In this document: positions 10,150 through 18,600 of the stretch, in pieces | Position numbering within the stretch: the first letter of the stretch is position 1 | Layout: each line of letters begins with the position of its first letter | IMG/VR virus record: IMGVR_UViG_3300034418_000868 | Coordinates: 1-31,035 of that record | Length of the DNA stretch: 31,035 bases | Strand: one strand, 5' to 3' | Origin: a virus | Taxonomy: Duplodnaviria; Caudoviricetes | Position numbers and translations under genes: made by a program | The notes under the pieces: model-generated | Told to the model about the DNA's origin: nothing | Database searches by the model: none | What the model saw: the letters and a program-made list of their open reading frames with translations, nothing else

Positions 10150-10624
10150 TTGTGTTTAGCTCCAAACCAATCGAGCCAGTGGACTCCGCAAGGATATCCT
10201 CTTCTGACTCTGGATAAAAATGTCCGGGGAAGCCGAAGAGCGTATCTTCGTTGCCTGAGCCAATCGGCAGGGTTGCGGGCATCTTGGTCTCGCCCATGCT
10301 CTGACCGAGCAGCCTCATGGTATTGAAGCCATCACGCGCAGCCTTCACCAGCCCCTGCGAGATCACCCCGTTGTAATCTGGAGCCACCTCTATCGCCATG
10401 TTAGCGATCAAGCCCCTGAGAGCCCCTGTGGGGATCGTTACGGTATCACCCAGGTCAGAGACCTCTGTGTATCCCAACTGGATGCCCTGGGCGTCTAGCT
10501 CGCTCATATAGTTGTTCATAGCAAAGATGAAGTCACTATACTCATCAGGCTGCAGTGGAGACTCACTAGCCTGTACCAATATCCGTTGTAAGGCTGCCTT
10601 AGCAACCTGCGCGACTGTAGCCAT
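10142..10624 (-). CDS. Head-to-tail adaptor (P22 gp4-like)
   Basis: 160 aa; ...AIEVAPDY...MPATLPIGSGN motif; position after the coat cluster. Confidence 0.85.
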   Translation of the reverse strand: MATVAQVAKAALQRILVQASESPLQPDEYSDFIFAMNNYMSELDAQGIQLGYTEVSDLGDTVTIPTGALRGLIANMAIEVAPDYNGVISQGLVKAARDGFNTMRLLGQSMGETKMPATLPIGSGNEDTLFGFPGHFYPESEEDILAESTGSIGLELNTNG

Positions 10625-10749
10625 TACTCGTAGGTATTCCCGCTCATGTCTTTTCTAGGAGATCGCTTGCGCTTCTTCTTGCGGGCCTTCTCAGCCTGCT
10701 TCATACCCTCTTTCGTGTATGGAAACTTCTTACCGCCTACGTTTGGCAT
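10624..10749 (-). CDS. Small basic protein (41 aa)
   Basis: Below the ORF-track cut-off. Read by hand: MPNVGGKKFPYTKEGMKQAEKARKKKRKRSPRKDMSGNTYE*. GAGGTGA SD; its TAA overlaps the gp4 ATG. Confidence 0.8.
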   Translation of the reverse strand: MPNVGGKKFPYTKEGMKQAEKARKKKRKRSPRKDMSGNTYE

Positions 10750-10756
10750 GATCACC

Positions 10757-11161
10757 TCACTCGAATTTAGCCCTAGATGTCTTCTTGGCAACCTTCTTCG
10801 GCTGCGCGGAATGCTGCTTGCCCTTCTTCATATCAGCCCGCTTCTTGCGTGAAGTGGCCTCATACTCCTTCTTGCTCAGCTTGTCTCTCGCCTTCTTGGG
10901 AAGGTATCGCTCCCCGGTAGCGTCTTTGCCCTGAGTGGAGTTCTTGCCGGACTTGGTTCCCCAATCCTCTTTGGTCCACTTGGACAGATCCTTCTGAGCC
11001 TTGCTCTTCTTGCCAGTGTAGCCGCCGCCCGCCTTTTCGTATTCCTTAGCAAGCAGTTGGCTCTTCCTGGCTGACCACTGACCGGGCTTGCCGCCCTTGT
11101 CACTAGCCATAATTCTGTTCTTGATGCGCTCTCTGAGTTTGGGTTTCGTATAGTTACTCAA
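10757..11161 (-). CDS. Lys-rich basic protein (GGKPGQWSARK family, function unknown)
   Basis: 134 aa; TTG start overlapping the upstream stop, AAGGGAG SD. Ends RAKFE. Confidence 0.8.
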   Translation of the reverse strand: MSNYTKPKLRERIKNRIMASDKGGKPGQWSARKSQLLAKEYEKAGGGYTGKKSKAQKDLSKWTKEDWGTKSGKNSTQGKDATGERYLPKKARDKLSKKEYEATSRKKRADMKKGKQHSAQPKKVAKKTSRAKFE

Positions 11162-11423
11162 ACTTAGCTCCCTTCATCGACTTAGCGCCTTTACATTTCC
11201 AGCGCTTGCGACTCAGATTGTTGGGAGTATTGGGATCGTTCTGCTTTTCCTTTGGCAATCTTTTCTTGATGCCAAGAGACCGGGCACAATAGGAATCACC
11301 CTTACTTGTACCCGGCTTAACTCTAGGACCACCTCCTTTGGCTTTGCCAGCCTGCCCATAGGAGACCTTCTTGCCGCTGGCGGTTACCTTGACCTTAGCT
11401 TTGCCTTTTCTTGGTTTTGCCAT
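11154..11423 (-). CDS. Lys-rich basic protein (PGTSKGDSYCARS motif)
   Basis: 89 aa, directly downstream of the coat terminator. Ends KGAKFE. Confidence 0.8.
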   Translation of the reverse strand: MAKPRKGKAKVKVTASGKKVSYGQAGKAKGGGPRVKPGTSKGDSYCARSLGIKKRLPKEKQNDPNTPNNLSRKRWKCKGAKSMKGAKFE

Positions 11424-11450
11424 AAAAAAGTAGGGGACCGAAGTCCCCTA
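11424..11450 (-). terminator. Rho-independent terminator after the coat gene
   Basis: Minus strand reads TAGGGGAC-TTCG-GTCCCCTA-C-TTTTTT: 8-bp stem, cUUCGg tetraloop, U tract. Confidence 0.9.
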
Positions 11451-11466
11451 TAAACTCAAAGGAGAG

Positions 11467-12732
11467 TTAGACACCAAAGCCTTGTCCAGCCATAAACGGA
11501 TTGAATGTTGCGTATGCAGGCAACAAGTCAAAACGAATCTTCTGGGTGTTAGCGTCACCATCTGCGTACTTAGAAACACGGATGCTCATACCGTCTTCGG
11601 TAGTCGCAATAGTGTCAGTTGAGTACAGTTTAGGCAGCTTGACAGTACCCATACCGAAAGCCTGCTTAGTGAAGAACAGGTTTGGCTGGTACAGAGTAGC
11701 TGAAGCACTCAGGATAGTAACCGCAGCACCGCTAATTGGTGCAGCGTCTACAGTGTTGTACTGACCACCAGCCTCATAGATCGCAGGCCCAGCAACGACA
11801 ATGTTACCCGCACCGCCAGTAAGAGTGACATCAGCAGTCACAACACCTGTCCAAGCCACGTTGGCTCCAGAGGCATCGATCATAGCTGTGCGAGTGTCTA
11901 GGTTCAGACGGTTTACATTAGCGATAGTTACCATATCGCCAGCCTTCACAACCATACCAGAAGTGAATCCAGTAACAGCCAGAGTCTGAGTCATAGTGTC
12001 TTTCGCTGTGACGTAAGTCGCATCAGGAGCCCCATTCAGAGTACCCTCACGGTCAGCGCCAGTGCCAGAAGTAAAGCTAGCCAGAGCGTTAGAAGTCAGA
12101 GCTCGCATACCACCGAAGTTCTGAGAGATTTGTGCATTCTCCCAAGCGGTACGGACCAGCTGATCTGAAGCATTCAGGCCATTCTGTACGTTAGCAAGTG
12201 CGCTAGTGGTGAAAGGATTCATCAGGTAGTAGCGCTCTGCAGCAGCAGGCACACCAATAGAGTCCATCAAAGCACCAGCACCTGCGACATCACCCCATGC
12301 GTCAACGGCAGTGCCGTGAGAACCATACTTCAGAGAAGAGTTCTTGAGCATATAGCTGGCAAGATCGATCTCCAGGTCAGTCACGATGCGTCGAGCCATA
12401 GGAGCAAGGATCTGCTCCAACTGATCAAGCTCAAGAGCTTCTTCCACGTTGCCCCACTCGGTAGCTACGGTGAAGTAGTTCTGAACAGTACCAGTTGCTT
12501 TACCAGCAATGATGTCTGACTTAGTGGACGATGAAATATCACCGCCAGAAGTACGGATGGAGTTGTAGTCGTGCGGACGCTTGAAGTCTACAGTGCTACC
12601 ACTTGAAGGGTTGAATTTGCCACTCAGGAGTTGAGTGTCAACGGTTTTAGTAACAACCCGGCTGGACTCGAATGCCTCTAAAAAGACACGAGCCACCTTC
12701 CGGGTGACGTTGCTGTTAAGATTATTAGCCAT
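11467..12732 (-). CDS. Major capsid (coat) protein, P22 gp5-like
   Basis: 421 aa; MANNL start, VVKAGDMVTIANV insertion domain, IRFDLLPAY C-terminus. Strong GAGGTGA SD; follows the scaffold. Confidence 0.92.
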   Translation of the reverse strand: MANNLNSNVTRKVARVFLEAFESSRVVTKTVDTQLLSGKFNPSSGSTVDFKRPHDYNSIRTSGGDISSSTKSDIIAGKATGTVQNYFTVATEWGNVEEALELDQLEQILAPMARRIVTDLEIDLASYMLKNSSLKYGSHGTAVDAWGDVAGAGALMDSIGVPAAAERYYLMNPFTTSALANVQNGLNASDQLVRTAWENAQISQNFGGMRALTSNALASFTSGTGADREGTLNGAPDATYVTAKDTMTQTLAVTGFTSGMVVKAGDMVTIANVNRLNLDTRTAMIDASGANVAWTGVVTADVTLTGGAGNIVVAGPAIYEAGGQYNTVDAAPISGAAVTILSASATLYQPNLFFTKQAFGMGTVKLPKLYSTDTIATTEDGMSIRVSKYADGDANTQKIRFDLLPAYATFNPFMAGQGFGV

Positions 12733-12748
12733 TTTCGGATCACCTCAT

Positions 12749-13576
12749 TCATTCAAACATTGCCCCCTTCGGTCCTCGCGCTTTAGGCGCAACACCAGCT
12801 TTTGCTGGCTGATTAACCGGATCAGGAGCGGCATTTACTTTAGGTTTTAATGCAGCAGCCTTTTCTCGTACATGAGTAGCTATCCGTACAGCAGCTTGCG
12901 CCGGGCTCATTGCTCGGATGGTGTCTAGCTCGGTCACGTTCTGACTGAGGTACTTCGTTATCGCCGGTCCCAGATCGTCATCCAAAATATAGTTGACTAC
13001 ATCATCTGCGATTCCGAACGATGCGACAGCATTACCTGCTGCCTGTAACTCCTCGTTAGAAATGCCAAGCTGGACAGCTCGCTGCGAGTAGGTAGATACC
13101 TTCTCGTTCAAAGCCTCCTGCTCTTTCATCAGCTGTTCATGCTGCAAACGCTGCGCCTCCTGTTGTTGAAAGCGCTGCTGTGCGTCAAACGCAGCCTGTC
13201 TAGCTATGGCTTCATCGCGCAGTCGGAGTTGCTGCTGGTATTCCTGATCGCTCAGGGCATACGGGTCAGGCTCCTTCGGCACGTTTGGCCTTTCCTGTTT
13301 TGGCATTTGCTGCTCAAGCGCTTGTAGACGTTGCTTTAGCTGTTCGGCCTCCAGCTCTTTTTCCCTGAGCCTTTTAACCTTTTCAGCTATGCCTCTGTCA
13401 TAAGCCTCTTGCTGCACCGGGTCAAATCTAGCCCGGACCTTACGCCAATCAGGATCGGTTTGTTTCTCCTGAACCTCTTCAGTATCCGTAGATGAGTCGG
13501 AATCAGTTTCCTGATCTTCAGTTTCTACCTCTTCAAGCTCTATTTCAGCCTCATCGAGCGTATCTTCTGGTTGCAT
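12749..13576 (-). CDS. Scaffolding protein
   Basis: Acidic N-terminus, coiled-coil, GPAITKYL and MSPAQAAVRI segments, Pro/Lys C-terminal tail; immediately upstream of coat. Start moved from 13627 to ATG 13576 (GGAAGG SD). Confidence 0.85.
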   Translation of the reverse strand: MQPEDTLDEAEIELEEVETEDQETDSDSSTDTEEVQEKQTDPDWRKVRARFDPVQQEAYDRGIAEKVKRLREKELEAEQLKQRLQALEQQMPKQERPNVPKEPDPYALSDQEYQQQLRLRDEAIARQAAFDAQQRFQQQEAQRLQHEQLMKEQEALNEKVSTYSQRAVQLGISNEELQAAGNAVASFGIADDVVNYILDDDLGPAITKYLSQNVTELDTIRAMSPAQAAVRIATHVREKAAALKPKVNAAPDPVNQPAKAGVAPKARGPKGAMFE

Positions 13577-13653
13577 CTTACCTTCCATAAATGCCGTCAA
13601 ATAAACGGTGACGTTCCGTGCCTCCAAGAAAGCGTGGAGTTCGCTATGGCGTT

Positions 13654-13680
13654 ACTATACCACATATTGTGGTTTTACAA
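13654..13680 (-). promoter_or_regulatory. Putative sigma70 extended -10 promoter for scaffold/coat, overlapped by an NrdR-box-like palindrome
   Basis: Minus strand TTGTAA-15 bp-TATAGT with TG-N before the -10. The spacer contains ACCACA-ATA-TGTGGT. Confidence 0.55.
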
Positions 13681-13685
13681 GGGTT

Positions 13686-16385
13686 TTAGAATTGCGCTCT
13701 ACGCGCTTCCATGCCCCTCAATACATCATCTGTGATTACCCCTGTAAGTGGGCTCAGCTCTAGTTTTCTGGTTCCAGCGCCCATCCCAGTGCTTCTAGGA
13801 GGATTCAGCAACTGATCTGGCCGAATACCCCCAAGATATGCGGCTTGCGGGTTTAGCTCGTAGACAGAGTAAGGAACAGCAAGTCTTCCTAAACCCTCGC
13901 CGTATAGCCCTCCTTTATAAATCGGATGGACATCTCCCACAGTAATCATTCTGCTTGTATCGACCAGCCCAACATTACGCAGGGTTGAGTCCCTGGACAT
14001 AGCTTGAGCTTGATCTAGTAATGCTGCTCTAGCCTGCCCGGAAGTCAGGGCTCCCTTCTGAGAATAGTCATTGTTAATGATATTGATGATCTTCTTTCTA
14101 ACATCCCCAGAGGCTTGATTGACTTGGCTCATGCCGTCAGGGCTATTGATCCCACTGAATCCGGGGAATACTTCCTTGATATCGGCATCTAGCTTGTTCA
14201 AATCTGACAGGTCCAGAGCATTCCTTGCGTGGGAGAGCATGACCTCTGCTGGCTGCGAAAAATCAACTCCAGTGGGAGCCATAGAGAATGGTATAAACAA
14301 GGGGTCTTTGCCAGTTTGCTCTCTTAGAGCTATAGCTCTTCCAAGTATTGATTTCTCTCTTGGTTCCTTAAATACAGACGTTCCAGACCTTCTCTCTTGA
14401 CCTACAAGAACGTCAGGAGCGGATGCCCATACGAATTCTCCGCTCTCAGGATCGAACATATAGTCCATCCCTCCGCGCCTAGAAACATTGACCGGGACAC
14501 CATTGATTGACTGAATCACATCACCCGCTGCGCTTCTGTCGGACATTGAGGATATGAAAGGATAACCCTCATAATCTTCAAGATTTATGATCGGTACATC
14601 ACCAATCCTCTGATCGCCTATTTGGATATCGGTGGATAGGTTCCTATCAACCTGGCTTATTAGAGGCTTTCTCGTATTTGCTCCAGATCCAGCAGCGTAG
14701 GTTCTTGGGTCAATCCCTGCGCTCGTGTAGCTTTCAATAACTCTGGGGTCATAGTCTTTAGGGAATTGCTCTTGAAGCAACTGACCCAGAGACGATCCTG
14801 CAGCTATGCCTGTTCCTGTCCTGCCGCCAGAGTACAGGATATTCGCGCTCTCACCTGGCTTAAACTCTGCGTTTACTGATCTGATGTTTTGAGGATCAAA
14901 GATGTTTAACTGCGTTACATTTCCAGACTCATCTAATTGCCTGATCCCGTCATAACCGCTATCCCTGAGTCTTTGTATACGGTCTTGGTCGAAGGGCATG
15001 ATCGCTCGCCCTTGCAGATCTAAGAAATTAAGATCCTTCCGCAATCGTAAAGGCATCACGTTTGGTGAGGCATTGTTTGTATCACGGCGCATAAATCTAC
15101 GAATCGCTGCATAACCACTAGCTTTCTCTGGGTTTGGAGTCATGTAAATACCCGGACCCAAGTCACCAACTTCTGATGGTGTGAATTCAGTAAAATCAGA
15201 TGATGTGCCGTGATAGTAAGTGGTGTCCATATCAAAGTCTGGCCTAGACCTGTCCGACAGGATGTTGGAACCCGACCTTCCTGCAGCAATGCCGGTTCCT
15301 GTTCTGCCGCCACTGTATAGGGCTGTAGGAGACGCTGTTTTCTCTATCAACACGCCAGCTTGACCTATCTTCTCTGGCAGGTTTCTTATGGTGAAACCTT
15401 CACCCAATTGAGCCTGCATGTAGTCCCTAAGCTCTGGCTGAGTGAAACCCTTCTGATAAGTGTCCGCAGTAGTGATAATCGACATAGGCTCTCTGCCCGG
15501 AGTGCCTTTTGCGTTCAACACATCTCTGCCGCGAGTAGTAACAACAGCTCTGCCCCCGGGCGCCAAAACCCTACCGATATCAGCAACCGCCTGATCCCTG
15601 ACATCTCTGGGCATTACGTTGAGCACATTAAGAGATGTTAGGTTCTCGTAAGATTCATCTGGGATATCTGCTGCGCTGGAATATGTTGGGCTGAATCCCT
15701 CTCGCGGATATGGTTCAAAAGTGTCTGCCCCGATCTCTGACGCCCCTTGACCTCTTCCGGCCCCGAAGTCCAGAGTTCTACCCTCGCCAAGCACGTTTCT
15801 AGCTTTTTGATAACTCGGCAGCGTTGAAGCGCCAAGCTGGGTACGTTGAGCATTTGATAACGGAGGCATCCGCAAGCCGGAGCCCATCACAGCGCCCTCA
15901 GCCGGGTTACCGCCAAACATCGTAATGGTAGGGTCAAACGCTACGGTCCTGCCCGTCTCAGGATCAAAGTATTCACCGCCTGATGCCGCGGCCCTTGCCT
16001 GCTCGGACATATACTCAGCACTGCCAAACAAAGCATCCCGGAGGCTAGAGCCTACACCTTGTATTGCCTCTACCTGCTCGTCTGGGCCTCTGAATCCAAG
16101 GAATGATGGAGCTTCGCCAAGCATATCGCCCAACGCAGAAAGCCCCCTACGGACCGGAGAATAACTAGGATCGTACTCAACAGGACCATACTGGGCTGGG
16201 ATTGTTTCGGTTATGTACTCAAGACCAGAAGGACCAGCAGCAAGGCCAGCAACCTGCGTGGATTCTGGGCGCAATATCTCTCTGCGCTGACCTGAAAGAA
16301 ATTGAGAGAATGGACCTAGCCCGCCGTACATATATTGGCGGTTATTAACTTCCTCTTGAGCTAGCTCTTGGTCGGTCTTAGCCAC
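13686..16385 (-). CDS. Polyvalent multidomain protein: SAM-dependent methyltransferase + ADP-ribosyltransferase-like (ART-PolyVal type) + unknown C-terminal domain
   Basis: LDFGAGRG and LNVLNV (MTase); YHGT..F..F, GPGIYMT, GYDGI, IFDPQNIRS (ART-like). Likely GTG start at 16385 overlapping the portal stop; the track start is 16394. Confidence 0.8.
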   Translation of the reverse strand: MAKTDQELAQEEVNNRQYMYGGLGPFSQFLSGQRREILRPESTQVAGLAAGPSGLEYITETIPAQYGPVEYDPSYSPVRRGLSALGDMLGEAPSFLGFRGPDEQVEAIQGVGSSLRDALFGSAEYMSEQARAAASGGEYFDPETGRTVAFDPTITMFGGNPAEGAVMGSGLRMPPLSNAQRTQLGASTLPSYQKARNVLGEGRTLDFGAGRGQGASEIGADTFEPYPREGFSPTYSSAADIPDESYENLTSLNVLNVMPRDVRDQAVADIGRVLAPGGRAVVTTRGRDVLNAKGTPGREPMSIITTADTYQKGFTQPELRDYMQAQLGEGFTIRNLPEKIGQAGVLIEKTASPTALYSGGRTGTGIAAGRSGSNILSDRSRPDFDMDTTYYHGTSSDFTEFTPSEVGDLGPGIYMTPNPEKASGYAAIRRFMRRDTNNASPNVMPLRLRKDLNFLDLQGRAIMPFDQDRIQRLRDSGYDGIRQLDESGNVTQLNIFDPQNIRSVNAEFKPGESANILYSGGRTGTGIAAGSSLGQLLQEQFPKDYDPRVIESYTSAGIDPRTYAAGSGANTRKPLISQVDRNLSTDIQIGDQRIGDVPIINLEDYEGYPFISSMSDRSAAGDVIQSINGVPVNVSRRGGMDYMFDPESGEFVWASAPDVLVGQERRSGTSVFKEPREKSILGRAIALREQTGKDPLFIPFSMAPTGVDFSQPAEVMLSHARNALDLSDLNKLDADIKEVFPGFSGINSPDGMSQVNQASGDVRKKIINIINNDYSQKGALTSGQARAALLDQAQAMSRDSTLRNVGLVDTSRMITVGDVHPIYKGGLYGEGLGRLAVPYSVYELNPQAAYLGGIRPDQLLNPPRSTGMGAGTRKLELSPLTGVITDDVLRGMEARRAQF
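14796..15320 (-). repeat. Direct repeat pair encoding LYSGGRTGTGIAAG (14796-14837 and 15279-15320), flanking the ART domain
   Basis: Two 42-nt copies; identical peptide, 6 nucleotide differences, all synonymous. Confidence 0.95.
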
Positions 16386-18600
16386 CGTTCGCAATCCTGA
16401 TCAGGTCTATATCCGACATCATAGCCATCCGAGCCTTGCGCTCCTGCTCGTCCATCATCTCCTGCATCTGCTCTTGGTTGTCTAACTGATCACCAAATGC
16501 CTTGATGTTGGTGTGGTCTATAACAGCACCAGCCTTCTCAGCCTCTACCTGCGCCTTGATGCGATTGGTCTGAGCATTGAAGACATCAACCTGCGTCTTG
16601 GCCTGATCCGCTACCAGTTCGTTCTGGTCGTTCTGGGCCTGCAGTTGTATTCTCATAGTCTCGTTCTGCACCTTCTGAGCATCAACCTGGGCCTTCATCA
16701 TATCGGCCTGGGCCTTCATCTGCTCTGCTTGTGCAAGCACCATAGCGGGATCAGGAGCCTGTCCCTGAGCCTGCATCATCTGCTTGGCCTGCATCTCCTG
16801 AAGCTCTTCCTCGGTCATCTGTGACTGCGGGATCAATCCTTGAGAGATCATCTGAATGCGCTTGCGCTCTGCGATCTGAGATGCCGCTGGAGTGGATATG
16901 TTCTGCAGCAACAGATCACCAGCAATCTGCATCAGTGTCGGATCGGTCTGAGCCAGAGCGGTAATGGCCTCAATGGTCTCCTGCTGACGGTTGCGGAAGC
17001 TGGGTCCAGCCCTACAGGTAACGTCATAGCTGCCCACCTGCATATCATTAACAACCACCACCTCGCCGGTCTCGTTATCAATGACCTTCTGGTTCAGGTC
17101 CACCATATCGTAGGACTCGTCCTCGCGGAGTATCCTGACCTGGCGCTGAGTGTCGTAGATCATCGGGATCGCATCCTTGATCAGCCTACCAGTGGCCGCT
17201 ACAGCGATCTCTACACCCTTGCTGTACTTGAACGTGCCATTGGAGCCACGATCCTGCAGTTGACGTATAGCAACGCCTGACTGCAGTCCGGGATTGTCTC
17301 CCATACTGGCAGCGAACATACCCGCCGTCTGACCGATAATCCCACGCATGGCCTCGGATATCGTGCGCAGTCCGGGGTTGATCTGGGCTCCGCCTTGCTG
17401 CTGCGGGACCGCAGGGGTCTCGGGGTCCACGTTGTAGAATTGAACCGGGTCTGCGTTGGTGTTTAATGTTCGAAGCTGCTTCTCATGACCAGAAGCCTGA
17501 GCAGGTGTCATCCAATACTTCGCTCTAGGCGCAAGAGCCCCTTCTTCAATCTCCCGCGATACGCTGTAGTTCATCACCCGCTGGGGATCTAGCAGCTTCT
17601 CTACCACACCCCAGTAGATTGTCTTGTTCTCAAAAATCTTGAAGTTGGCGTAAGTCGGGACCACCGGAATTCGGCAAAATACGGTCTCTTTCTTTTCTTC
17701 AAGGAAGTCTTTCGCATCAAAGTACCTGCTGCAAACGTAATGCTTCTTGCGCGTTCTGCGCTTGACCTCGGTCACACCAATGGCAGCCAGGTCATCTACT
17801 ACCTTCTCGAAGTCATCATTGACCTCGTGCACCTGACCATTGGACATCAGCACAAGATCGCGGTCCTCTGATTCGAGATACAGAAACTCACCGACTACCA
17901 CCACCTCGGCCTTGTCGTAATAAGCCTCGCCGTCCCGGCTGTCATCCACGCTCTCACCAGCCCCCTCGGGCCACCTAGCCTCATACTCATCCTTAGCCAT
18001 AGGATGAAGCACAAATGCATACCGGCTGTCTGACTTATCCTGATTCTCTGCCGCTGGATCGAACCACACCCGGTCAACGAAGTTGCCGATATGCTCAATC
18101 GCCAGGTCTTGGTCGAAGGTATTGTCGCTGATGTACTTCTGGACCACCCGCCAGCCATCCATGCCGCCGATAACCATATTCCGCGCCGCCTGGGCATACA
18201 CGGTCTTGGCGTTGGACATCTGCTCAATATTGCGGATGATGCCGTCAATGGTGACAGCAATGTCTTTGGTGGCGTTCCCACCGGCAGGTGATACTCGGAT
18301 ATCGTAGTCGCTCTGCTCGATCTCAGAGGCTACCTGATCGACGATAGGGTTTACTTGATCGAAGGTATATCTTGGCTTTTCTTCGTTTGAGTTCCACCAG
18401 TAGGGCTCCCACTGGCCGTCTCGCTTGTCCAAGAACAAGTGAGCCTCTCGCACCCGCTCCCGGTTGTCTTGATCTGCCATCTGGCACTTGCTCAGAAGAT
18501 CAATGACATCCTGATGGTTATCATATTCTGCCTTGAATGAGAGATCAGCCTCTGCCGATCCCCGGCTGTCTAGCTCTTTGCCATCATCATATTCTGCCAT
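16378..18600 (-). CDS. Portal protein, P22 gp1-like
   Basis: ~740 aa; DGQW, GVVEKLLDPQRVMNY, SGVAI and YDVTCRAGPSF motifs, Gln-rich C-terminal barrel. Follows TerL. Likely start is ATG 18600 (track start 18615). Confidence 0.92.
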   Translation of the reverse strand: MAEYDDGKELDSRGSAEADLSFKAEYDNHQDVIDLLSKCQMADQDNRERVREAHLFLDKRDGQWEPYWWNSNEEKPRYTFDQVNPIVDQVASEIEQSDYDIRVSPAGGNATKDIAVTIDGIIRNIEQMSNAKTVYAQAARNMVIGGMDGWRVVQKYISDNTFDQDLAIEHIGNFVDRVWFDPAAENQDKSDSRYAFVLHPMAKDEYEARWPEGAGESVDDSRDGEAYYDKAEVVVVGEFLYLESEDRDLVLMSNGQVHEVNDDFEKVVDDLAAIGVTEVKRRTRKKHYVCSRYFDAKDFLEEKKETVFCRIPVVPTYANFKIFENKTIYWGVVEKLLDPQRVMNYSVSREIEEGALAPRAKYWMTPAQASGHEKQLRTLNTNADPVQFYNVDPETPAVPQQQGGAQINPGLRTISEAMRGIIGQTAGMFAASMGDNPGLQSGVAIRQLQDRGSNGTFKYSKGVEIAVAATGRLIKDAIPMIYDTQRQVRILREDESYDMVDLNQKVIDNETGEVVVVNDMQVGSYDVTCRAGPSFRNRQQETIEAITALAQTDPTLMQIAGDLLLQNISTPAASQIAERKRIQMISQGLIPQSQMTEEELQEMQAKQMMQAQGQAPDPAMVLAQAEQMKAQADMMKAQVDAQKVQNETMRIQLQAQNDQNELVADQAKTQVDVFNAQTNRIKAQVEAEKAGAVIDHTNIKAFGDQLDNQEQMQEMMDEQERKARMAMMSDIDLIRIANGG

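Noticed and set aside
3927-13700. C-termini RALF (350-aa ejection protein) and RAQF (polyvalent protein) as further copies of the scaffold tag
   Set aside because: They lack the terminal Glu and the similarity is too short to separate from chance.
14796-15320. Repeat pair as DGR template/variable repeats, intein ends or transposon target duplication
   Set aside because: Differences are synonymous and not adenine-specific; no reverse transcriptase, transposase or intein C...HN motifs.
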